DNA of 49,174 nucleotides, counting the filler, from Stramenopiles sp. TOSAG23-3 (taxonomy: Eukaryota), in NCBI GenBank assembly GCA_900128585.1. It is 4 parts of 4 records of this genome, joined end to end, with 100 filler letters (N's around TTAATTAATTAA, not from the genome) between each part and the next. Parts side by side here need not be neighbours in the genome. Positions count along the whole stretch, not along the records: positions 22,572 to 45,000 come from LT642337.1; positions 45,101 to 47,087 come from LT645175.1; positions 47,188 to 49,174 come from LT645176.1; 1 more part is not named here. One strand, written 5' to 3'. Below are positions 40,518-49,174 of this stretch, piece by piece (within the stretch, counting starts at the first letter, position 1; each line of letters opens with the position of its first letter). The translations under genes and the position numbers were made by a program. The notes under the pieces are model-generated. The model was not told the origin of the DNA, ran no database searches, and was given only the letters and a program-made list of their open reading frames with translations.

Positions 40518-41615
40518 ATGAACACGTGCAATGAAAACGAAAGCGTGCTGCTGCAAGACACGCTCGTTCACACGGCGTGTTTCGCTGGAACTGACTCGGT
40601 GCAAAACGATCGCAGAATAGCAAACTATTTGGCAAAAATATTTCCAGGGTCTTTGGGGACGCGAACAAGGTGTAAAAAAATATGCAAAAAGAAGAAGTTT
40701 GTGTTCGTAAACGACAGTGTTGTCACAACCTCGGCATACATTGTGAAAGACGGTGATCGGATTCACGTAGACTTGGGTGGTTTGCGCTCGGAGGAAGATG
40801 GTGTGCACAAGAAAGAAGTGGAAATAAAAATAAACGTTCTTTATGAAGATAGCCACTGTGCTGTTGTAGAAAAACCAGCGGGTTTGCAAACAAACGGGGT
40901 AAACCGGTTAAGGACGTTGGAAAATGCACTCTCTTACAATCTAAAAAAATCAGAGGAAGCGTCCGCGTTTCCACCTCGCCCTGTTCATAGATTGGATCTT
41001 ATGACCGGTGGTTTGGTTATTGTAGCAAAGACACGAAAGGCAGCGCAGTATTTCTGCAAACAGTTTGAAAGTAGAAATGTTAGAAAGAGGTACAGAGCAA
41101 TACTAGTAGGGAACCTGGCTCAGGATTCCGGTATTGTAAATAGTGAAATCGATGGCAAAGATGCTGTTACTGAATATAAAGTTGTCCATCGCACGGAATC
41201 CATTCATGGAGGGTGCGTTACAACCGTAGATCTTTGGCCAAAAACTGGTAGAAAGCACCAACTAAGAAAGCACATGGCAGGATTGGGGTTCCCAATAGTC
41301 GGTGATAAACTTTACCATAATCTCACTCCAGGTGAAGGGCAACAGCGCAAAGGTGAGGTTTACAGCGACAACTTCTTCTGCTCTGGCAAAGGCATGTACT
41401 TGCGGGCGTTAGAAATTCAATTTAAGCCTTTTTTGACCGATGATTCTGTCGTCACAGGGAAAAGAAAAAGTTGCGACGGCGATGCTGCTCTCAAGCCAAT
41501 TTCTCCCACCATACACATAAATATTCCTGAACCTCATAAATTTGGATACTACCGGCAAAATGAACTTAAGCGGTACAAAAAATTGCGGGAAACAGCAATA
41601 TCATCTTCAGAGTAA
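40518..41615 (+). CDS. RluA/RluD-family RNA pseudouridine synthase with an S4-like N-terminus
   Basis: VVEKPAGL, catalytic PVHRLD, PKTGRKHQLRKHM, PIVGDKLY. Confidence 0.93.
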   Translation: MNTCNENESVLLQDTLVHTACFAGTDSVQNDRRIANYLAKIFPGSLGTRTRCKKICKKKKFVFVNDSVVTTSAYIVKDGDRIHVDLGGLRSEEDGVHKKEVEIKINVLYEDSHCAVVEKPAGLQTNGVNRLRTLENALSYNLKKSEEASAFPPRPVHRLDLMTGGLVIVAKTRKAAQYFCKQFESRNVRKRYRAILVGNLAQDSGIVNSEIDGKDAVTEYKVVHRTESIHGGCVTTVDLWPKTGRKHQLRKHMAGLGFPIVGDKLYHNLTPGEGQQRKGEVYSDNFFCSGKGMYLRALEIQFKPFLTDDSVVTGKRKSCDGDAALKPISPTIHINIPEPHKFGYYRQNELKRYKKLRETAISSSE

Positions 41616-41782
41616 ATAGCGTCATCATAGTTGAGAGAGGTACAAAGTAAGTTGTGAGAGAGGTTAATAAACAAGAAAATTGGCTGTTAAATTTATCTTA
41701 TCCATGTAAACGTTTTTAGTTTAAAGAATTACGAAAGGTTTTAATTAATCTTAAGTATGAAACCCCTCTTGGTTTACTGCGT

Positions 41783-44398
41783 TCAAAACCCAAACTCGCC
41801 AAAAAAGTCATCCTTGTCCGCAGCTGCGCTTTTTCCAGACTTTGGTTTCGAGCGGGAAGTGGACTTTTTTAACCCGATGCTTCCTTTCTTGGCTTTTTTC
41901 TGTTGTTTCATTTTTGCTATAGAATTTTTCTTTTTCTTTGAATCTGGCTTTATGGTGGGCTTGCTTTTGGTGGAAGATACCATCATGTCTCCAAACAAAT
42001 CGTCATCAGCATCGTCCCATCCTCCTCCTGAATTCCTACTGGCAGGTTTTGAAAGCTTCTTGCTGTTGGAGGGGGGGGAGGACATACCACCAAACAAATC
42101 GTCATCTGCATCGCCCCAAGGATCCTCGTTCACGGCGGCCGTGGGAACAGCTTTATTCCCACTGCTACTCCCACTGCGCCTGGAACCAGAACTGCGTTCT
42201 ACTTGTTCACTTCCGAAGATATCGTCGTCATCGTCCCAGCCCGTGCCGGCCGCTGGGCTACCATCGCCCATACCCATGCTACCAAAAATGTCGTCTTTCA
42301 TCGCGTTCGATTTTGGCTTTGAGCTTTTTGAATTTTTGCGAGAGAGGGATCCAAGGGACCCGCTATTTTTTCTTGGTTTCAGCGACAGGTTCCCTCCTCG
42401 CGAAGATTTGCTTCTTTGCTCTTTCCTTGCATTTGCTTTTTCCCTCTTCATGTCCAGCCTGCTCGCCTTCCGCGTGGTATTCGTACTCGTGCCACTAAAG
42501 AAGTCGTCGTCATCATCATCATCCCCCCAACCAACATCATCAAAACGCCCAGCGTTCTTTTGCGCTTTGTTTTGGTGGGCTGTACTGGCCGTTGGCCCCG
42601 CGCTTGATGCTCCGGCGCTTCCATAACTGTTCCCTCTCACGGTGCGCTCCTGCTCTTTCTTCTCCGCCTCCGCCTCTTTCTTGTGCTGCTCTTCCTCTTT
42701 TCTCTGCTTCTCTGCTTCTCTATTTTGCTCCTCCTCTACCAACGTCATTTCTCCACTGATCGTTTCAATGCGTGACATAAATTGCTTTAGGCAAGCGAAC
42801 GCGGGGTCACGCACCATGTGTACGTCGTCCATCAGCCGCTGGACAACTACTGGTAAAATCTTTGCGCAGGCATCGCTTGCCTCGTACATTTTGTGCGTGG
42901 ACGTTAACGCTTTCAGTGCAGCGGCCCGATTGTGGGGAAACGGGTCCTGGAGTGCCCTCGTAAATCCTGGGAGCAACAATTTCTTCTTTGTCGATTCGTC
43001 GAATTTGTCTGCCAGAATGCCCAGCAATATTGTTGCATTCACGCGTATCCCGGGGACTGGATCTCGCAGCAAGTTCATCATAATTCCCCCAAACTTTGCG
43101 TTCAAATTCTTGCTGTTAAGCATCGAGACGATCGCTGGTATGGTTTTCAACGTAATCTCCCGCATTTGCGGTGCACTGTCGCGAAAGCCAGTCAGTATGC
43201 ATTCGAATATGGTGGAATTTAACAATGATTCTTTTTTCGAACCAATGCCGGGGCATGGAAGGTCCAGCGCAAACTTGTATGACTCTATTTGCTGCAGCAA
43301 GTTCACCCGCACGCCACGGTCGTTTTGCTTGTACAGCTCTACCAACGTGGGACAAATGCACTTCACGTACAATTCCTCGTCCTGCTCCATCATCTTCCCA
43401 ATCGCCAACATGGGCATCAATATGGCGGTCCCAGGTAGAATGCTCATGGAATTCTTTAACAGCGGTAAGATTTTATAGATGCACACGTGGCTGGGGATTC
43501 CTGCCAGCTTTCCTACCAAGGCCTGGAAAAATTTGGCCTTCTCGTCTGGCTCTTTGATGGAGATCTCGTCCAGGAAAGCTAACGTTTCCACCAAATCGTG
43601 CCGAAAAAACGGGTGAGAGAGTATTTTTTTCGGGTTTGGGCGCTGGGCGGGCCTGCTGGCCAGCAGTCTCTTGAACGCCGTTTTGAGGGATTGCGGGATG
43701 TTGCGCATGTTTTGCGTGTCCTCTGCCCGGTTCAACGGGCCATTGAACACTTCGTACACCAGGCACCCGAGCGACCACATGTCCATGGCCCAGAGGGGCG
43801 CCTCCGCAATTTGAGTCCAGCTGCGGCTTAAGCGCTCGGGGGCCCGGTACTGCTGGGGCAGCAATTCGTGGTTGTAGGTCAGCACGCTTTGGGGCCCATG
43901 CCGCTCCATCGCCGCGACCAAGTCCATCCGACCAAGCTTCCAGTCACCCCCCGGGGTCACGAAGATCGCATCGCTCGATAGCAGGCCATGGACCAGCTTG
44001 CAGTCGTTTGCCAGGAAGCTCAGTGCCCCGCACACGCAGCGAAGGCCCCAAGCGGTCGCAGCCTCGTACTGCTCGTCCGAGTTCGTCTCCTTTGCCGACT
44101 GTAGCCAGTCTTGCAAGGGCGTTACGGGCTCCGTCACGATCAAAACCTCCTTGTCTGTCTCGACGCCTTCCAAATATGTCAACGTGTTTGGGTGGCGTAT
44201 TGTCTTGACCCGGTTGAGTGCGTTGGTGCAGGCCTCCAGCCTACTGTTCGACAGGCCGTCCTTTTTCAATTTAAAAATGGACACCGGCTCAGAGTTCTCT
44301 TTCTTCGTTCCCGTATGAAGAGTCCACCCCTGTTTTCCCGTATACGACGGCACGTTCCCTGCAACATTGTACGGTATATTAGACGCAGCGTTCCCCAT
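41783..44398 (-). CDS. SCYL1: SCY1-like pseudokinase with HEAT repeats (SCYL1/SCYL3/Cex1 family)
   Basis: KTIRHPNTLTYL, VTEPVTPL, IFVTPGGDWKLG, HEAT region (LQDPFPHNRAAAL), acidic W/FG tail; ATG 44398 gives MGNAAS. Confidence 0.9.
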   Translation of the reverse strand: MGNAASNIPYNVAGNVPSYTGKQGWTLHTGTKKENSEPVSIFKLKKDGLSNSRLEACTNALNRVKTIRHPNTLTYLEGVETDKEVLIVTEPVTPLQDWLQSAKETNSDEQYEAATAWGLRCVCGALSFLANDCKLVHGLLSSDAIFVTPGGDWKLGRMDLVAAMERHGPQSVLTYNHELLPQQYRAPERLSRSWTQIAEAPLWAMDMWSLGCLVYEVFNGPLNRAEDTQNMRNIPQSLKTAFKRLLASRPAQRPNPKKILSHPFFRHDLVETLAFLDEISIKEPDEKAKFFQALVGKLAGIPSHVCIYKILPLLKNSMSILPGTAILMPMLAIGKMMEQDEELYVKCICPTLVELYKQNDRGVRVNLLQQIESYKFALDLPCPGIGSKKESLLNSTIFECILTGFRDSAPQMREITLKTIPAIVSMLNSKNLNAKFGGIMMNLLRDPVPGIRVNATILLGILADKFDESTKKKLLLPGFTRALQDPFPHNRAAALKALTSTHKMYEASDACAKILPVVVQRLMDDVHMVRDPAFACLKQFMSRIETISGEMTLVEEEQNREAEKQRKEEEQHKKEAEAEKKEQERTVRGNSYGSAGASSAGPTASTAHQNKAQKNAGRFDDVGWGDDDDDDDFFSGTSTNTTRKASRLDMKREKANARKEQRSKSSRGGNLSLKPRKNSGSLGSLSRKNSKSSKPKSNAMKDDIFGSMGMGDGSPAAGTGWDDDDDIFGSEQVERSSGSRRSGSSSGNKAVPTAAVNEDPWGDADDDLFGGMSSPPSNSKKLSKPASRNSGGGWDDADDDLFGDMMVSSTKSKPTIKPDSKKKKNSIAKMKQQKKAKKGSIGLKKSTSRSKPKSGKSAAADKDDFFGEFGF

Positions 44399-45000
44399 CG
44401 ATGATCGAACACTGCCGCGTGCAAGAGAGGGGGGAGCTGGCACGCGGAGGGAAAGGAAGCGCTTTCAACCACTTACGCGTCGGTATTTCTGCTGCTCTAA
44501 GGGAGAACTTCACGAAAGCGCGTAACGAGCACTACGTTTCACACGAGCACAATTTATAGTTGATTCCACAATACTATTTTGATTTGTCAATGCCTTGTTA
44601 GGTAATATATAGAACAAGAAGTTGAGTGTAATGTTGAATTGTAAAATATAAAATAGTCGTCTTCTATAATTTAGTCCGTGTGGGGTGTATGTGTATTTTT
44701 TTGTTTTTTCTTCTTCTATCTTCTTCTCTTTCTTCTTCGTCGTTCTTTTTTTTTTTTTGGCTGTGGTGTTTGTTGTTGTTAGAAAACTATTAATTATTGT
44801 ATAATAATAATTTATTATTGTTGTGCATGCTGTATAGTGTATATATAGATTTTTAAAAAATTAATTCATCATCATCACATTTTTTTTTTGTTATTTTATT
44901 ATTAAATATTTATTAAGTAAGCAGGTACAGAGCAAAGGCACCTAATTTAAATTATTAATATTTTATTATTATTATTACGAAGTATTACTAGACAACGTAT

Positions 45001-45100
45001 NNNNNNNNNNNNNNNNNNNNNNNNNNNNNNNNNNNNNNNNNNNNTTAATTAATTAANNNNNNNNNNNNNNNNNNNNNNNNNNNNNNNNNNNNNNNNNNNN
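45001..45100. other. Artificial contig linker 44N-TTAATTAATTAA-44N
   Basis: Same 100-nt structure as 22472-22571. Confidence 0.97.
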
Positions 45101-45173
<73 letters not shown>

Positions 45174-45177
45174 TTCT
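45101..45177 (+). repeat. (TTTC)n microsatellite at a contig edge
   Basis: Direct reading. Confidence 0.97.
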
Positions 45178-45485
45178 ATTGGTAATATTATTATTATTTT
45201 TTATTATTTATCATCAAAAAAACACTAATAACTTCCTTCTTCTTCTTACGATCATCATCGGTTTCTTCTTTCGTTCTCGTCTTCATGAGTATACAGATCA
45301 TCTGCACACCAAAATTAGTTTTTATACATGGTCTGCCCAGACGGAGGGTTTATTCCCGTGTCAATTTCCCGAGAAAATCTGATGTAACCCCGCCAACCTG
45401 TAATATAATTCAACTTTATGTAGTTAGCGTGACAGCCAGAATGGACCGCAGTAGTATTTTGTAAATAAAACCCGTTGTTGTAGCA

Positions 45486-46454
45486 ATGGGGAACTGCGAG
45501 AGTAGACCGTGCCTGTACGAGAGGGTCCCCCACCTTCAGCAATGGAAATGCGAGTTCGACGCCCTGATGGTGATGGACAAAGACCTCGAAGCTATGTACG
45601 AGGTTTTCTGTGAGATTGATGAGGACGGGAGCGGCGACATAGACTTGGCAGAAATGATCCGGTTCTTGGAACTAAAACGTACCAAGTTTAACAAGCGCAT
45701 TTTTACTTTGTTTGATGAGGACGGTTCTGGGGAGATCGACTTCCGAGAGTTCGTGATCGCGCTGTGGAACTACTGCACTATGGGAAAAGCAGCCCTTACT
45801 CTGTTCGCGTTTGATTTGTACGATACGGACGGGAGCGGGGCGATGGAGCTGTGCGAAATGGAGCAAATGTTGAAGGAATGTTACGGAAAGTCGTACAAAA
45901 ACAGCGACAACGCGAAGCGGGTGATGAAGAAAATAGAAGACATGACGGAAAACAGTGACTGCGAAGCGGTGAACATTAGAGAGTTCGCCGAGTTCTGTGA
46001 CTTTCACCCGGGATTGCTTTTCCCAGCGTTTAAATTCCAAATCGACCTGTGCCAAAAGATTGTGGGTGTAAAGTTTTGGCAGCGTGCCGCCAAAACCCGG
46101 TTGAAACTAACCAACGGCAAGAACATGAGCGTTCAGGAACTGCTCGATGGCACCGTCCAACCCAGCAGGGCGCAACGGGGGGGCGACGCGGAGCAGTACC
46201 CAGAAACCAAGGGCGGGCACCAGGCCGAACCAAATAGCGTAGCACAGGACATCGCAAGGCTTAACTCCGGCACGCTTGCCGCACGGAGGAAAGCGAAAGG
46301 GTTGTCCCAAGGGCAGAAAAATAAAATCCGCTCAATAGGAAAGTTCCAGCGGATCGCTCGATCCAAAACGCTGCACCAACGTCGGGATAATAGAGACAAA
46401 TACTCACCAGCTAGAAGGTCTTCTAAACCTGGAAACAGGGTATCTCCTAAATAA
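45486..46454 (+). CDS. Calcineurin-B/NCS-like EF-hand Ca2+-binding protein with predicted N-terminal acylation
   Basis: EF loops DEDGSGDIDLAE, DEDGSGEIDFRE, DTDGSGAMELCE; MGNCES start; basic C-tail. Confidence 0.88.
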   Translation: MGNCESRPCLYERVPHLQQWKCEFDALMVMDKDLEAMYEVFCEIDEDGSGDIDLAEMIRFLELKRTKFNKRIFTLFDEDGSGEIDFREFVIALWNYCTMGKAALTLFAFDLYDTDGSGAMELCEMEQMLKECYGKSYKNSDNAKRVMKKIEDMTENSDCEAVNIREFAEFCDFHPGLLFPAFKFQIDLCQKIVGVKFWQRAAKTRLKLTNGKNMSVQELLDGTVQPSRAQRGGDAEQYPETKGGHQAEPNSVAQDIARLNSGTLAARRKAKGLSQGQKNKIRSIGKFQRIARSKTLHQRRDNRDKYSPARRSSKPGNRVSPK

Positions 46455-46909
46455 TCTTAATGTGCGTAATGCATGTGTAAAAAGGTATGCTATGGTCTTT
46501 TTGTCTTTGTAAAAAGCAAGAAAACAGTAAATCTTTGAAATCCGGTTGTCTTTTTTTTCTTTTTGTTTACTTTACTCTAGAAAGTATATAAAATCATCTT
46601 GTTTTCTGTTCTTCTTCTTTTCCAACAACAACACGTGGCTACAAATTATACTTATAATGTATAACACTATGCTTGAATATCCTATAATATGAAAAAGAAG
46701 AGGGATGATTGCCATCCATCCTCCTGCTGACGGACACATGCTACAAGAAGATATTTTATTAAGAAAACATACTTAACACTAATTGATCACAGATTTGATT
46801 TTATGAAAGTTTTACTATAGGGGGGAGAAATAACAACAATCGAATTGTTTGGCTTATTTCGTTTGTTTCGTGGGACAATCTTTTAGAGAAAGCCGTTTGT
46901 ACGTGCACG

Positions 46910-47087
46910 ATGGCGGATCTTTCTGGGTTTTACCGTGCTCCAGTGTCGAAGGGGTTATGCGCGTTGACGCTGGCAAATTACGGGCTGGTGTCCTGGATAG
47001 TCGACCAGCCGCAACGGTTCGCCTCGACCGTGTTGTCGATGAGCCATTTGACTGATGGGCGAGTACTGCTCAGTTTTTCTTTGTTTC
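46910..47087 (+). CDS. 5' fragment of a UBAC2/Dsc2-like rhomboid pseudoprotease, cut by an assembly linker
   Basis: MADLSGFYRAPVSKGLCALTL resembles the UBAC2/plant RBL N-terminal SGxxxAPxSK/TK block; the frame stays open into the N run. Confidence 0.65.
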
Positions 47088-47187
47088 NNNNNNNNNNNNN
47101 NNNNNNNNNNNNNNNNNNNNNNNNNNNNNNNTTAATTAATTAANNNNNNNNNNNNNNNNNNNNNNNNNNNNNNNNNNNNNNNNNNNN
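47088..47187. other. Artificial contig linker 44N-TTAATTAATTAA-44N
   Basis: Same 100-nt structure. Confidence 0.97.
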
Positions 47188-47305
47188 AAGAAGAAGAAGA
47201 AGAAGAAGAAGAAGAAGAAGAAGAAAGAAGAAGAAAGAAGAAGAAGAAGAAGAAGAAGAAGAAGAAGAAGAAAGAAGAAGAAGAAGAAAGAAGAAGAAGT
47301 AGAAG
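47188..47305 (+). repeat. (GAA)n microsatellite at a contig edge
   Basis: Direct reading. Confidence 0.95.
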
Positions 47306-47804
47306 TTGAAAAATAGAATAGTCAGTCTATATAATTTATTAAATTATGAAGAAGAACAAAGAAGTTGATGAATAATCAAATCATCAATTATAAAATTAAA
47401 TTATTTCAACCTCTGTGCTGTGAGTCTGTTTTTTTTTTTTTAATTTATTTTTTATAATTTTCTTTGGGTTTTTTTTTGTTGCTTGCTGCTGCACCACTAT
47501 AATATTATTATTTTTAAAATAAGTTATTATTAAGACATTTTTTATTCTTTCTACTACTACCGTTTTAGTATATTATTATTATTATACGACGAAGATTGTT
47601 GTCGATTATTGAATTTTTTTTTGGATGATGGAATTTATCATTTAAAACTATAAAGAAGAAGAAATGATAAAATCATTCCCACATTTTGTAGACATGGGTT
47701 TTGACAGTAGAAACGTGTTCAATTTCAATACTGGGGTGTTACTTTAGAAAGAGGAGTTTGTAAGTGAGCAACGGTAAAGGTTTTGCAGACGACGACGTGC
47801 TGCC

Positions 47805-48926
47805 ATGGACCGGTTTGGAAAGGTAGGGAAGTCGTTGAACAGTTTCTTTCTGTCCAGGCAGAGCCCCACCACCAGGTCCTTTGGCCGCTTGCCTTTTAAC
47901 ATAAACGTGTGGCACCCTTTCAACTGGGCACCCACGAAAGGAATTACGGATGTCTTTAAGTTATTGTCGTTTCTGTTCTCGAATAAAATCGGGGCGTTTT
48001 TGCTGGGAACGGTTGCCCAAATAGTCATAGCGCGGTTGCGTCATTATTGGCAGCTCCGAAAGTGGAGGCGCCAAATATTCTTGGACCGTGTCCAGGCGGT
48101 CCTCTTTTCCGCGGAAGCGAAGACGATGCAGGCTGGCCGGATCGAAAAGCGCACTATGTTTGAAGTGGACCTCCCGAGCGTGCTAGGGGGCAACGAAGCG
48201 GCAGCAATAGAAGTTAGAAATGCAGCCGAAAAGTGCACCGTAGACAAGCCGTTCTTGACGCAGCACCTCGAACCCTGGGAACGGTACCACGTCCTGAACG
48301 CTGTCCTGAACGTCGTTAGTTGTCAGTATAGTGCCGGGCATTTGATCGCGGACCTTGGGGGCTCGTACGTCAGCGACTGGTACGCGTTCGCAGTAACAGC
48401 TGAGGCCGTATCCGACAACCCATGGGCCGAGCTACTGTTTAATAAAGTCAAAGGGCCTGCCAGCCCCACAAAGACGAAACAGGGCACCAAAAACGCGATC
48501 GACGAGAAAACGAAAAAGCTCAGGGTCATACTGGTAAAGGAAAGCACTCTGCAGGCCCTGGGGCACGATCAAGAAGAAGACTTTCATGCCGCTAGCGGGC
48601 GACATGACCACAGGCTAAAGCTGCTGCGGTCTATGAGTGAATTGATGGTAAAGCAAGCTTTGGATGGTAGTGATAGGCACATTCTTCGGGTCATGCTGGC
48701 AATACCAAGCGCCACGAAGCACGGACGGGTTGGACAAGAAGAGCATACTCCCACAGTGGCTGAACGGAGTAGTGTGGATGGTGATCCATTCGCTGCAGCG
48801 AGTAGCCAAAGATCCCCGTTATTGACAATTAATCGTAAACTGGGGCGCTCCGGTCATCAGAGAAATCCTCGGGCAGGTTTCGCTAAACAATCCGACTCTC
48901 CAGCAATGTATACTCCACGCCGTTGA
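47805..48926 (+). CDS. Uncharacterised 373-aa protein with an N-proximal hydrophobic segment
   Basis: ATG-to-TGA ORF in a GC-richer island; hydrophobic IGAFLLGTVAQIVIA followed by basic WQLRKWRR. Confidence 0.85.
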   Translation: MDRFGKVGKSLNSFFLSRQSPTTRSFGRLPFNINVWHPFNWAPTKGITDVFKLLSFLFSNKIGAFLLGTVAQIVIARLRHYWQLRKWRRQIFLDRVQAVLFSAEAKTMQAGRIEKRTMFEVDLPSVLGGNEAAAIEVRNAAEKCTVDKPFLTQHLEPWERYHVLNAVLNVVSCQYSAGHLIADLGGSYVSDWYAFAVTAEAVSDNPWAELLFNKVKGPASPTKTKQGTKNAIDEKTKKLRVILVKESTLQALGHDQEEDFHAASGRHDHRLKLLRSMSELMVKQALDGSDRHILRVMLAIPSATKHGRVGQEEHTPTVAERSSVDGDPFAAASSQRSPLLTINRKLGRSGHQRNPRAGFAKQSDSPAMYTPRR

Positions 48927-49045
48927 CCGCGCCTTGCTATTTAAACAACAACAACAAAAACCTAATTCAGTTTACCTAAATTCTACAACAAAAAATTGGC
49001 TACTACCTTTTGCTATTTTAAGTTGAATACGAATCGAAGAAATTT

Positions 49046-49089
49046 AAAAAATAACAAATTTTATTGTATGTTTTAAGACTCTCATTTTA
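49046..49089 (+). repeat. Dispersed 3'-end element A, copy downstream of the 47805 gene
   Basis: AAAAAATAACAAATTTTATTGTATGTTTTAAGACTCTCATTTTA. Confidence 0.85.
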
Positions 49090-49174
49090 AATCAAAGAAA
49101 TTTAATATATCCCCACACTTACTTTGTCTTCCTGTGTGTGTGTGTTCGTTTTATGTTTAAAATGTTTGTTTACA

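Noticed and set aside
41757-43478. Long antisense ORFs of 289 and 278 aa (similar ones over the TLDc, TPR and Kelch genes)
   Set aside because: Shadows of strong genes on the opposite strand; no independent motifs.
6763-44443. Non-ATG (TTG/GTG) starts given by the ORF track for several genes
   Set aside because: The sequence is eukaryotic, and each gene has a nearby in-frame ATG giving a sensible N-terminus.
1812-48926. Alternative genetic code or stop-codon reassignment
   Set aside because: TAA, TAG and TGA all end ORFs, and conserved proteins such as FNTA, ENY2 and the helicase end where expected with no internal stops.
1-49174. Prokaryotic, viral or transposon origin; CRISPR array
   Set aside because: Core eukaryotic genes throughout; no capsid, integrase, transposase, reverse transcriptase or regularly spaced repeat array recognised.

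Overview
Gene-dense eukaryotic nuclear DNA using the standard genetic code, most likely from a flagellated protist. A stramenopile is my guess from protein style only and is not demonstrated. I can support 21 protein-coding genes, two of them truncated, and every complete one reads as a single uninterrupted ORF. They are GC-richer islands that mostly alternate in orientation. Long AT- and microsatellite-rich divergent spacers separate them from short convergent spacers. Recognisable genes are CCDC24-like, TTLL6/13, SMIM7-like, QCR8, FNTA, ENY2, a DHX57-like helicase, an RluA pseudouridine synthase, SCYL1, a calcineurin-B-like EF-hand protein and a truncated UBAC2-like protein. The window also has surface proteins (LRR, Kelch-EGF), a HET-like/TPR protein, a PARP-like/TLDc protein and several unknowns. 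Three artificial 100-nt linkers (44N-TTAATTAATTAA-44N) mean at least four assembled pieces, so adjacency across them is unproven. The most notable non-coding signal is two separate motif vocabularies: recurrent elements just downstream of unrelated genes, and TAGTCGTCT plus GTAC clusters in upstream spacers. No rRNA, tRNA, CRISPR or transposase was recognised.
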